Positions 39,501 to 52,800 of a stretch of DNA of 64,000 nt are shown here, in pieces. The first letter of the stretch is position 1; every line of letters begins with the position of its first letter. Location of the stretch: assembly GCF_009914755.1 (NCBI RefSeq), contig NC_060938.1; one strand, written 5' to 3'. The notes under the pieces are model-generated. The model ran no database searches, was not told where the DNA came from, and saw nothing but the letters and a program-made list of their open reading frames with translations. Made by a program: the position numbers and the translations under genes. This stretch comes from the human T2T-CHM13v2.0 reference genome, Homo sapiens.

Positions 39501-42500
39501 TATCAAAAGAAAGATCCACCTCTGTTAGCTGAGTTCAGACATCACAAACAAGTTTATGAGAATGCTTCTGTCTAGTTTTTATTTGAAGATATTTCCTTTC
39601 TCACCATAGACCTGAAAGCTGTCCTAATGTTCACTTCCAGTTACTACAGAAAGAGTGTTTCAAAACTGCTGTATGAAAGGGAATGTTCAACTCTGTGACT
39701 TGAATGCACACATCACAAAGAAGTTTCTGAGGATGCTGCTGTCTACTTTTTATACTTAATCCCGTTTCCAACGAAATCCTCCAAGCTATCCAAATATCCA
39801 CTTGCAGATTCCACAGAAAGACTGTTTCAAAACTGCTCTGTCAATAGAAAGGTTCAACTCTGTTAGCTGCGTGCATATATCCCAAAGAAGATTCTGAGAT
39901 TGCTTCTGTCTAGTTTTTATGGGAAGATATTTCCCTTTTCACCGTAGGCGTCAAGGCGCTCCAAATGTCCACTTCCAGATACTACAAAAAGAGTGTTTCA
40001 AACCTACTCTGTGAAAGGGAATATTCAACTCTGTGACTTGAATGCACATATCACAAGGAAGTTTCTGAGAATGCTTCTGTCGAGATTTTATATGAAGATA
40101 TTCCCGTTTCCAACGAAATCCTGAAATCTATCCAAATATCCCCTCGCAGATTCTACAAAAAGAGTGTTTCAAAACTGCTCTGTAAAAAGAAAGGTTCAAC
40201 TCTGTTAGTTGAGTACACACATCACAAACAAGTTTCACAGAATGCTTCTTTCTAGCTTGTAGGGGAAGATATTCCCTTTATCACCATGGGCCTCAAACCG
40301 TCCGATAAGTCCACTTCCATATACTACAAAAAGAGCGTTTCAAACCTGCTCTAGGAAAGGCAATGTTCAACTCTGTGACTTGAATGCAGACATCACAGAG
40401 CAGTTTCTGAGAATGCTTCTGTCTAGATTTTATAGGAAGATATTCCCGTTTCCAACGAAATCTTCACAGCTATCCAAATATCCACTTGCAGATTCTACAA
40501 AAAGAGTGTATCAAAACTGCTCTGTCAAAAGGAAGGTTCTTCTCTGTTAGGTGAGTGCATACGTCATAAAGGAGTTTCTGAGAATGTTTCTGTCTAGTGG
40601 TTATGGGAAGATATTTGCTTTTTCCCCGTAGGCCTCAGGGCGCTCCAAATGTCCACTTGCACATGCTACAAAAAGAGTGCTTCAAAGCTGCTCTCTGAAA
40701 GGGAATGTTCAACTCTATGAGTTGAATGCAAACATCACAAAGACGTTTCTGAGAATGCTTCTGTCTAGATTTGATATGAAGATATTCCCGTTTCCAACGA
40801 AATCTTCAAATCTATCCAAATGTCCACTTGCAGATTCAACAAAAAGTGTTTTTCAGAACTGCTCTATCAAAAGAAAGATCCACCTCTGTTAGCTGAGTTC
40901 AGACATCACAAACAAGTTTATGAGAATGCTTCTGTCTAGTTTTTATTTGAAGATATTTCCTTTCTCACCATAGACCTGAAAGCTGTCCTAATGTTCACTT
41001 CCAGTTACTACAGAAAGAGTGTTTCAAAACTGCTGTACGAAAGGGAATGTTCAACTCTGTGACTTGAATGCACACATCACAAAGAAGTTTCTGAGGATGC
41101 TGCTGTCTACTTTTTATACTTAATCCCGTTTCCAACGAAATCCTCCAAGCTATCCAAATATCCACTTGCAGATTCCACAGAAAGACTGTTTCAAAACTGC
41201 TCTGTCAATAGAAAGGTTCAACTCTGTTAGCTGCGTGCATATATCCCAAAGAAGATTCTGAGATTGCTTCTGTCTAGTTTTTATGGGAAGATATTTCCCT
41301 TTTCACCGTAGGCGTCAAGGCGCTCCAAATGTCCACTTCCAGATACTACAAAAAGAGTGTTTCAAACCTACTCTGTGAAAGGGAATATTCAACTCTGTGA
41401 CTTGAATGCACATATCACAAGGAAGTTTCTGAGAATGCTTCTGTCGAGATTTTATATGAAGATATTCCCGTTTCCAACGAAATCCTGAAATCTATCCAAA
41501 TATCCCCTCGCAGATTCTACAAAAAGAGTGTTTCAAAACTGCTCTGTAAAAAGAAAGGTTCAACTCTGTTAGTTGAGTACACACATCACAAACAAGTTTC
41601 ACAGAATGCTTCTTTCTAGCTTGTAGGGGAAGATATTCCCTTTATCACCATGGGCCTCAAACCGTCCGATAAGTCCACTTCCATATACTACAAAAAGAGC
41701 GTTTCAAACCTGCTCTAGGAAAGGCAATGTTCAACTCTGTGACTTGAATGCAGACATCACAGAGCAGTTTCTGAGAATGCTCCTGTCTAGATTTTATAGG
41801 AAGATATTCCCGTTTCCAACGAAATCTTCACAGCTATCCAAATATCCACTTGCAGATTCTACAAAAAGAGTGTATCAAAACTGCTCTGTCAAAAGGAAGG
41901 TTCTTCTCTGTTAGGTGAGTGCATACGTCATAAAGGAGTTTCTGAGAATGTTTCTGTCTAGTGGTTATGGGAAGATATTTGCTTTTTCACCGTAGGCCTC
42001 AGAGCGCTCCAAATATCCACTTGCACATACTACAAAAAGAGTGCTTCAAAGCTGGTCTCTGAAACGGAATGTTCAACTCTATGAGTTGAATGCAAACATC
42101 ACAAAGACGTTTCTGAGAATGCTTCTGTCTAGATTTGATATGAAGATATTCCCGTTTCCAACGAAATCTTCAAATCTATCCAAATGTCCACTTGCAGTTT
42201 CAACAAAAAGTGTTTTTCAGAACTGCTCTATCAAAAGAAAGATCCACCTCTGTTAGCTGAGTTCACACATCACAAACAAGTTTATGAGAATGCTTCTGTC
42301 TAGTTTTTATTTGAAGATATTTCCTTTCTCACCATAGAGCTGAAAGCTGTCCTAATGTTCACTTCCAGATACTACAGAAAGAGTGTTTCAAAACTGCTGT
42401 ACGAAAGGGAATGTTCAACTCTGTGACTTGAATGCACACATCACAAAGAAGTTTCTGAGTATGCTGCTGTCTACTTTTTATACGTAATCCCGTTTCCAAC

Positions 42501-44396
42501 GAAATCCTCCAAGCTATCCAAATATCCACTTGCAGATTCCACAGAAAGACTGTTTCAAAACTGCTCTGTCAATAGAAAGGTTCAACTCTGTTAGCTGCGT
42601 GCATATATCCCAAAGAAGATTCTGAGATTGCTTCTGTCTAGTTTTTATGGGAAGATATTTCCCTTTTCACCGTAGGTGTCAAGGCGCTCCAAATGTCCAC
42701 TTCCAGATACTACAAAAAGAGTGTTTCAAACCTACTCTGTGAAAGGGAATATTCAACTCTCTGACTTGAATGCACATATCACAAAGAAGTTTCTGAGAAT
42801 GCTTCTGTCGAGATTTTATATGAAGATATTCCCGTTTCCAACGAAATCCTGAAATGTATCCAAATATCCCCTCGCAGATTCTACAAAAAGAGTGTTTCAA
42901 AACTGCTCTGTAAAAAGAAAGGTTCAACTCTGTTAGTTGAGTACACACATCACAAATAAGTTTCACACAATGCTTCTTTCTAGCTTCTAGGGGAAGATAT
43001 TCCCTTTATCACCATGGGCCTCAAACCGTCTGAAACGTCCACTTCCATATACTACAAAAAGAGCATTTCAAACCTGCTCTATGAAAGGCAATGTTCAACT
43101 CTGTGACTTGAATGCAGACATCACAGAGCAGTTTCTGAGAATGCTTCTGTCTAGATTTTATAGGAAGATATTCCCGTTTCCAACGAAATCTTCACAGCTA
43201 TCCAAATATCCACTTGCAGATTCTACAAAAAGAGTGTATCAAAACTGCTCTGTCAAAAGGAAGGTTCTTCTCTGTTAGGTGAGTGCATACGTCATAAAGG
43301 AGTTTCTGAGAATGTTTCTGTCTAGTGGTTATGGGAAGATATTTGCTTTTTCCCCGTAGGCCTCAGGGCGCTCCAAATGTCCACTTGCACATGCTACAAA
43401 AAGAGTGCTTCAAAGCTGCTCTCTGAAAGGGAATGTTCAACTCTATGAGTTGAATGCAAACATCACAAAGACGTTTCTGAGAATGCTTCTGTCTAGATTT
43501 GATATGAAGATATTCCCGTTTCCAACGAAATCTTCAAATCTATCCAAATGTCCACTTGCAGATTCAACAAAAAGTGTTTTTCAGAACTGCTCTATCAAAA
43601 GAAAGGTCCACCTCTGTTAGCTGAGTTCAGACATCACAAACAAGTTTATGAGAATGCTTCTGTCTAGTTTTTATTTGAAGATATTTCCTTTCTCACCATA
43701 GACCTGAAAGCTGTCCTAATGTTCACTTCCAGTTACTACAGAAAGAGTGTTTCAAAACTGCTGTACGAAAGGGAATGTTCAACTCTGTGACTTGAATGCA
43801 CACATCACAAAGAAGTTTCTGAGGATGCTGCTGTCTACTTTTTATACTTAATCCCGTTTCCAACGAAATCCTCCAAGCTATCCAAATATCCACTTGCAGA
43901 TTCCACAGAAAGACTGTTTCAAAACTGCTCTGTCAATAGAAAGGTTCAACTCTGTTAGCTGCGTGCATATATCCCAAAGAAGATTCTGAGATTGCTTCTG
44001 TCTAGTTTTTATGGGAAGATATTTCCCTTTTCACCGTAGGCGTCCAGGCGCTCCAAATGTCCACTTCCAGATACTACAAAAAGAGTGTTTCAAACCTACT
44101 CTGTGAAAGGGAATATTCAACTCTGTGACTTGAATGCACATATCACAAGGAAGTTTCTGAGAATGCTTCTGTCGAGATTTTATATGAAGATATTCCCGTT
44201 TCCAACGAAATCCTGAAATGTATCCAAATATCCCCTCGCAGATTCTACAAAAAGAGTGTTTCAAAACTGCTCTGTAAAAAGGAAGGTTCAACTCTGTTAG
44301 TTGAGTACACACATCACAAACAAGTTTCACAGAATGCTTCTTTCTAGCTTGTAGGGGAAGATATTCCCTTTATCACCATGGGCCTCCAACCGTCCG
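33541..44396. repeat. Tandem duplication of a 4-HOR (5456-bp) block
   Basis: Rare SNVs repeat at a 5456-bp offset: ttcaagtctg (33551/39007), ctaggaaagg (34898/40354 and 36262/41718), gctcctgtc (~36325/~41781), gcagtttcaac (~36742/~42198), ctctctgac (~37305/~42761), aaaggtccac (~38150/~43606). Confidence 0.88.
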
Positions 44397-47300
44397 ATAA
44401 GTCCACTTCCATATACTACAAAAAGAGCGTTTCAAACCTGCTCTATGAAAGGCAATGTTCAACTCTGTGACTTGAATGCAGACATCACAGAGCAGTTTCT
44501 GAGAATGCTTCTGTCTAGATTTTATAGGAAGATATTCCCGTTTCCAACGAAATCTTCACAGCTATCCAAATATCCACTTGCAGATTCTACAAAAAGAGTG
44601 TATCAAAACTGCTCTGTCAAAAGGAAGGTTCTTCTCTGTTAGGTGAGTGCATACGTCATAAAGGAGTTTCTGAGAATGTTTCTGTCTAGTGGTTATGGGA
44701 AGATATTTGCTTTTTCACCGTAGGCCTCAGAGCGCTCCAAATATCCACTTGCACATACTACAAAAAGAGTGCTTCAAAGCTGCTCTCTGAAACGGAATGT
44801 TCAACTCTATGAGTTGAATGCAAACATCACAAAGACGTTTCTGAGAATGCTTCTGTCTAGATTTGATATGAAGATATTCCCGTTTCCAACGAAATCTTCA
44901 AATCTATCCAAATGTCCACTTGCAGATTCAACAAAAAGTGTTTTTCAGAACTGCTCTATCAAAAGAAAGATCCACCTCTGTTAGCTGAGTTCACACATCA
45001 CAAACAAGTTTATGAGAATGCTTCTGTCTAGTTTTTATTTGAAGATATTTCCTTTCTCACCATAGAGCTGAAAGCTGTCCTAATGTTCACTTCCAGATAC
45101 TACAGAAAGAGTGTTTCAAAACTGCTGTACGAAAGGGAATGTTCAACTCTGTGACTTGAATACACACATCACAAAGAAGTTTCTGAGGATGCTGCTGTCT
45201 ACTTTTTATACGTAATCCCGTTTCCAACGAAGTCCTCCAAGCTATCCAAATATCCACTTGCAGATTCCACAGAAAGGCTGTTTCAAAACTGCTCTGTCAA
45301 TAGAAAGGTTCAACTCTGTTAGCTGCGTGCATATATCCCAAAGAAGATTCTGAGATTGCTTCTGTCTAGTTTTTATGGGAAGATATTTCCCTTTTCACCG
45401 TAGGTGTCAAGGCGCTCCAAATGTCCACTTCCAGATACTACAAAAAGAGTGTTTCAAACCTACTCTGTGAAAGGGAATATTCAACTCTGTGACTTGAATG
45501 CACATATCACAAAGAAGTTTCTGAGAATGCTTCTGTCGAGATTTTATATGAAGATATTCCCGTTTCCAACGAAATCCTGAAATGTATCCAAATATCCCCT
45601 CGCAGATTCTACAAAAAGAGTGTTTCAAAACTGCTCTGTAAAAAGAAAGGTTCAACTCTGTTAGTTGAGTACACACATCACAAATAAGTTTCACACAATG
45701 CTTCTTTCTAGCTTGTAGGGGAAGATATTCCCTTTATCACCATGGGCCTCAAACCGTCTGAAACGTCCACTTCCATATACTACAAAAAGAGCATTTCAAA
45801 CCTGCTCTATGAAAGGCAATGTTCAACTCTGTGACTTGAATGCAGACATCACAGAGCAGTTTCTGAGAATGCTTCTGTCTAGATTTTATAGGAAGATATT
45901 CCCGTTTCCAACGAAATCTTCACAGCTATCCAAATATCCACTTGCAGATTCTACAAAAAGAGTGTATCAAAACTGCTCTGTCAAAAGGAAGGTTCTTCTC
46001 TGTTAGGTGAGTGCATACGTCATAAAGGAGTTTCTGAGAATGTTTCTGTCTAGTGGTTATGGGAAGATATTTGCTTTTTCCCCGTAGGCCTCAGGGCGCT
46101 CCAAATGTCCACTTGCACATGCTACAAAAAGAGTGCTTCAAAGCTGCTCTCTGAAAGGGAATGTTCAACTCTATGAGTTGAATGCAAACATCACAAAGAC
46201 GTTTCTGAGAATGCTTCTGTCTAGATTTGATATGAAGATCTTCCCGTTTCCAACGAAATCTTCAAATCTATCCAAATGTCCACTTGCAGATTCAACAAAA
46301 AGTGTTTTTCAGAACTGCTCTATCAAAAGAAAGATCCACCTCTGTTAGCTGAGTTCAGACATCACAAACAAGTTTATGAGAATGCTTCTGTCTAGTTTTT
46401 ATTTGAAGATATTTCCTTTCTCACCATAGACCTGAAAGCTGTCCTAATGTTCACTTCCAGTTACTACAGAAAGAGTGTTTCAAAACTGCTGTACGAAAGG
46501 GAATGTTCAACTCTGTGACTTGAATGCACACATCACAAAGAAGTTTCTGAGGATGCTGCTGTCTACTTTTTATACTTAATCCCGTTTCCAACGAAATCCT
46601 CCAAGCTATCCAAATATCCACTTGCAGATTCCACAGAAAGACTGTTTCAAAACTGCTCTGTCAATAGAAAGGTTCAACTCTGTTAGCTGCGTGCATATAT
46701 CCCAAAGAAGATTCTGAGATTGCTTCTGTCTAGTTTTTATGGGAAGATATTTCCCTTTTCACCGTAGGCATCCAGGCGCTCCAAATGTCCACTTCCAGAT
46801 ACTACAAAAAGAGTGTTTCAAACCTACTCTGTGAAAGGGAATATTCAACTCTGTGACTTGAATGCACATATCACAAGGAAGTTTCTGAGAATGCTTCTGT
46901 CGAGATTTTATATGAAGATATTCCCGTTTCCAACGAAATCCTGAAATCTATCCAAATATCCCCTCGCAGATTCTACAAAAAGAGTGTTTCAAAACTGCTC
47001 TGTAAAAAGGAAGGTTCAACTCTGTTAGTTGAGTACACACATCACAAACAAGTTTCACAGAATGCTTCTTTCTAGCTTGTAGGGGAAGATATTCCCTTTA
47101 TCACCATGGGCCTCCAACCGTCCGATAAGTCCACTTCCATATACTACAAAAAGAGCGTTTCAAACCTGCTCTATGAAAGGCAATGTTCAACTCTGTGACT
47201 TGAATGCAGACATCACAGAGCAGTTTCTGAGAATGCTTCTGTCTAGATTTTATAGGAAGATATTCCCGTTTCCAACGAAATCTTCACAGCTATCCAAATA

Positions 47301-49834
47301 TCCACTTGCAGATTCTACAAAAAAAGTGTATCAAAACTGCTCTGTCACAAGGAAGGTTCTTCTCTGTTAGGTGAGTGCATACGTCATAAAGGAGTTTCTG
47401 AGAATGTTTCTGTCTAGTGGTTATGGGAAGATATTTGCTTTTTCACCGTAGGCCTCAGAGCGCTCCAAATATCCACTTGCACATACTACAAAAAGAGTGC
47501 TTCAAAGCTGGTCTCTGAAACGGAATGTTCAACTCTATGAGTTGAATGCAAACATCACAAAGACGTTTCTGAGAATGCTTCTGTCTAGATTTGATATGAA
47601 GATATTCCCGTTTCCAACGAAATCTTCAAATCTATCCAAATGTCCACTTGCAGATTCAACAAAAAGTGTTTTTCAGAACTGCTCTATCAAAAGAAAGATC
47701 CACCTCTGTTAGCTGAGTTCACACATCACAAACAAGTTTATGAGAATGCTTCTGTCTAGTTTTTATTTGAAGATATTTCCTTTCTCACCATAGAGCTGAA
47801 AGCTGTCCTAATGTTCACTTCCAGATACTACAGAAAGAGTGTTTCAAAACTGCTGTACGAAAGGGAATGTTCAACTCTGTGACTTGAATGCACACATCAC
47901 AAAGAAGTTTCTGAGGATGCTGCTGTCTACTTTTTATACGTAATCCCGTTTCCAACGAAATCCTCCAAGCTATCCAAATATCCACTTGCAGATTCCACAG
48001 AAAGACTGTTTCAAAACTGCTCTGTCAATAGAAAGGTTCAACTCTGTTAGCTGCGTGCATATATCCCAAAGAAGATTCTGAGATTGCTTCTGTCTAGTTT
48101 TTATTGGAAGATATTTCCCTTTTCACCGTAGGTGTCAAGGCGCTCCAAATGTCCACTTCCAGATACTACAAAAAGAGTGTTTCAAACCTACTCTGTGAAA
48201 GGGAATATTCAACTCTGTGACTTGAATGCACATATCACAAAGTAGTTTCTGAGAATGCTTCTGTCGAGATTTTATATGAAGATATTCCCGTTTCCAACGA
48301 AATCCTGAAATGTATCCAAATATCCCCTCGCAGATTCTACAAAAAGAGTGTTTCAAAACTGCTCTGTAAAAAGAAAGGTTCAACTCTGTTAGTTGAGTAC
48401 ACACATCACAAATAAGTTTCACACAATGCTTCTTTCTAGCTTGTAGGGGAAGATATTCCCTTTATCACCATGGGCCTCAAACCGTCTGAAACGTCCACTT
48501 CCATATACTACAAAAAGAGCATTTCAAACCTGCTGTATGAAAGGCAATGTTCAACTCTGTGACTTGAATGCAGACATCACAGAGCAGTTTCTGAGAATGC
48601 TTCTGTCTAGATTTTATAGGAAGATATTCCCGTTTCCAACGAAATCTTCACAGCTATCCAAATATCCACTTGCAGATTCTACAAAAAGAGTGTATCAAAA
48701 CTGCTCTGTCAAAAGGAAGGTTCTTCTCTGTTAGGTGAGTGCATACGTCATAAAGGAGTTTCTGAGAATGTTTCTGTCTAGTGGTTATGGGAAGATATTT
48801 GCTTTTTCCCCGTAGGCCTCAGGGCGCTCCAAATGTCCACTTGCACATGCTACAAAAAGAGTGCTTCAAAGCTGCTCTCTGAAAGGGAATGTTCAACTCT
48901 ATGAGTTGAATGCAAACATCACAAAGACGTTTCTGAGAATGCTTCTGTCTAGATTTGATATGAAGATATTCCCGTTTCCAACGAAATCTTCAAATCTATC
49001 CAAATGTCCACTTGCAGATTCAACAAAAAGTGTTTTTCAGAACTGCTCTATCAAAAGAAAGATCCACCTCTGTTAGCTGAGTTCAGACATCACAAACAAG
49101 TTTATGAGAATGCTTCTGTCTAGTTTTTATTTGAAGATATTTCCTTTCTCACCATAGACCTGAAAGCTGTCCTAATGTTCACTTCCAGTTACTACAGAAA
49201 GAGTGTTTCAAAACTGCTGTACGAAAGGGAATGTTCAACTCTGTGACTTGAATGCACACATCACAAAGAAGTTTCTGAGGATGCTGCTGTCTACTTTTTA
49301 TACTTAATCCCGTTTCCAACGAAATCCTCCAAGCTATCCAAATATCCACTTGCAGATTCCACAGAAAGACTGTTTCAAAACTGCTCTGTCAATAGAAAGG
49401 TTCAACTCTGTTAGCTGCGTGCATATATCCCAAAGAAGATTCTGAGATTGCTTCTGTCTAGTTTTTATGGGAAGATATTTCCCTTTTCACCGTAGGCGTC
49501 CAGGCGCTCCAAATGTCCACTTCCAGATACTACAAAAAGAGTGTTTCAAACCTACTCTGTGAAAGGGAATATTCAACTCTGTGACTTGAATGCACATATC
49601 ACAAGGAAGTTTCTGAGAATGCTTCTGTCGAGATTTTATATGAAGATATTCCCGTTTCCAACGAAATCCTGAAATGTATCCAAATATCCCCTCGCAGATT
49701 CTACAAAAAGAGTGTTTCAAAACTGCTCTGTAAAAAGGAAGGTTCAACTCTGTTAGTTGAGTACACACATCACAAACAAGTTTCACAGAATGCTTCTTTC
49801 TAGCTTGTAGGGGAAGATATTCCCTTTATCACCA

Positions 49835-52800
49835 CGGGCCTCCAACCGTCCGATAAGTCCACTTCCATATACTACAAAAAGAGCGTTTCAAACCTGCTCT
49901 ATGAAAGGCAATGTTCAACTCTGTGACTTGAATGCAGACATCACAGAGCAGTTTCTGAGAATGCTTCTGTCTAGATTTTATAGGAAGATATTCCCGTTTC
50001 CAACGAAATCTTCACAGCTATCCAAATATCCACTTGCAGATTCTACAAAAAGAGTGTATCAAAACTGCTCTGTCAAAAGGAAGGTTCTTCTCTGTTAGGT
50101 GAGTGCATACGTCATAAAGGAGTTTCTGAGAATGTTTCTGTCTAGTGGTTATGGGAAGATATTTGCTTTTTCACCGTAGGCCTCAGAGCGCTCCAAATAT
50201 CCACTTGCACATACTACAAAAAGAGTGCTTCAAAGCTGCTCTCTGAAACGGAATGTTCAACTCTATGAGTTGAATGCAAACATCACAAAGACGTTTCTGA
50301 GAATGCTTCTGTCTAGATTTGATATGAAGATATTCCCGTTTCCAACGAAATCTTCAAATCTATCCAAATGTCCACTTGCAGATTCAACAAAAAGTGTTTT
50401 TCAGAACTGCTCTATCAAAAGAAAGATCCACCTCTGTTAGCTGAGTTCACACATCACAAACAAGTTTATGAGAATGCTTCTGTCTAGTTTTTATTTGAAG
50501 ATATTTCCTTTCTCACCATAGAGCTGAAAGCTGTCCTAATGTTCACTTCCAGATACTACAGAAAGAGTGTTTCAAAACTGCTGTACGAAAGGGAATGTTC
50601 AACTCTGTGACTTGAATACACACATCACAAAGAAGTTTCTGAGGATGCTGCTGTCTACTTTTTATACGTAATCCCGTTTCCAACGAAATCCTCCAAGCTA
50701 TCCAAATATCCACTTGCAGATTCCACAGAAAGGCTGTTTCAAAACTGCTCTGTCAATAGAAAGGTTCAACTCTGTTAGCTGCGTGCATATATCCCAAAGA
50801 AGATTCTGAGATTGCTTCTGTCTAGTTTTTATGGGAAGATATTTCCCTTTTCACCGTAGGTGTCAAGGCGCTCCAAATGTCCACTTCCAGATACTACAAA
50901 AAGAGTGTTTCAAACCTACTCTGTGAAAGGGAATATTCAACTCTGTGACTTGAATGCACATATCACAAAGAAGTTTCTGAGAATGCTTCTGTCGAGATTT
51001 TATATGAAGATATTCCCGTTTCCAACGAAATCCTGAAATGTATCCAAATATCCCCTCGCAGATTCTACAAAAAGAGTGTTTCAAAACTGCTCTGTAAAAA
51101 GAAAGGTTCAACTCTGTTAGTTGAGTACACACATCACAAATAAGTTTCACACAATGCTTCTTTCTAGCTTGTAGGGGAAGATATTCCCTTTATCACCATG
51201 GGCCTCAAACCGTCTGAAACGTCCACTTCCATATACTACAAAAAGAGCATTTCAAACCTGCTCTATGAAAGGCAATGTTCAACTCTGTGACTTGAATGCA
51301 GACATCACAGAGCAGTTTCTGAGAATGCTTCTGTCTAGATTTTATAGGAAGATATTCCCGTTTCCAACGAAATCTTCACAGCTATCCAAATATCCACTTG
51401 CAGATTCTACAAAAAGAGTGTATCAAAACTGCTCTGTCAAAAGGAAGGTTCTTCTCTGTTAGGTGAGTGCATACGTCATAAAGGAGTTTCTGAGAATGTT
51501 TCTGTCTAGTGGTTATGGGAAGATATTTGCTTTTTCCCCGTAGGCCTCAGGGCGCTCCAAATGTCCACTTGCACATGCTACAAAAAGAGTGCTTCAAAGC
51601 TGCTCTCTGAAAGGGAATGTTCAACTCTATGAGTTGAATGCAAACATCACAAAGACGTTTCTGAGAATGCTTCTGTCTAGATTTGATATGAAGATCTTCC
51701 CGTTTCCAACGAAATCTTCAAATCTATCCAAATGTCCACTTGCAGATTCAACAAAAAGTGTTTTTCAGAACTGCTCTATCAAAAGAAAGATCCACCTCTG
51801 TTAGCTGAGTTCAGACATCACAAACAAGTTTATGAGAATGCTTCTGTCTAGTTTTTATTTGAAGATATTTCCTTTCTCACCATAGACCTGAAAGCTGTCC
51901 TAATGTTCACTTCCAGTTACTACAGAAAGAGTGTTTCAAAACTGCTGTACGAAAGGGAATGTTCAACTCTGTGACTTGAATGCACACATCACAAAGAAGT
52001 TTCTGAGGATGCTGCTGTCTACTTTTTATACTTAATCCCGTTTCCAACGAAATCCTCCAAGCTATCGAAATATCCACTTGCAGATTCCACAGAAAGACTG
52101 TTTCAAAACTGCTCTGTCAATAGAAAGGTTCAACTCTGTTAGCTGCATGCATATATCCCAAAGAAGATTCTGAGATTGCTTCTGTCTAGTTTTTATGGGA
52201 AGATATTTCCCTTTTCACCGTAGGCGTCCAGGCGCTCCAAATGTCCACTTCCAGATACTACAAAAAGAGTGTTTCAAACCTACTCTGTGAAAGGGAATAT
52301 TCAACTCTGTGACTTGAATGCACATATCACAAGGAAGTTTCTGAGAATGCTTCTGTCGAGATTTTATATGAAGATATTCCCGTTTCCAACGAAATCCTGA
52401 AATCTATCCAAATATCCCCTCGCAGATTCTACAAAAAGAGTGTTTCAAAACTGCTCTGTAAAAAGGAAGGTTCAACTCTGTTAGTTGAGTACACACATCA
52501 CAAACAAGTTTCACAGAATGCTTCTTTCTAGCTTGTAGGGGAAGATATTCCCTTTATCACCACGGGCCTCCAACCGTCCGATAAGTCCACTTCCATATAC
52601 TACAAAAAGAGCGTTTCAAACCTGCTCTATGAAAGGCAATGTTCAACTCTGTGACTTGAATGCAGACATCACAGAGCAGTTTCTGAGAATGCTTCTGTCT
52701 AGATTTTATAGGAAGATATTCCCGTTTCCAACGAAATCTTCACAGCTATCCAAATATCCACTTGCAGATTCTACAAAAAGAGTGTATCAAAACTGCTCTG

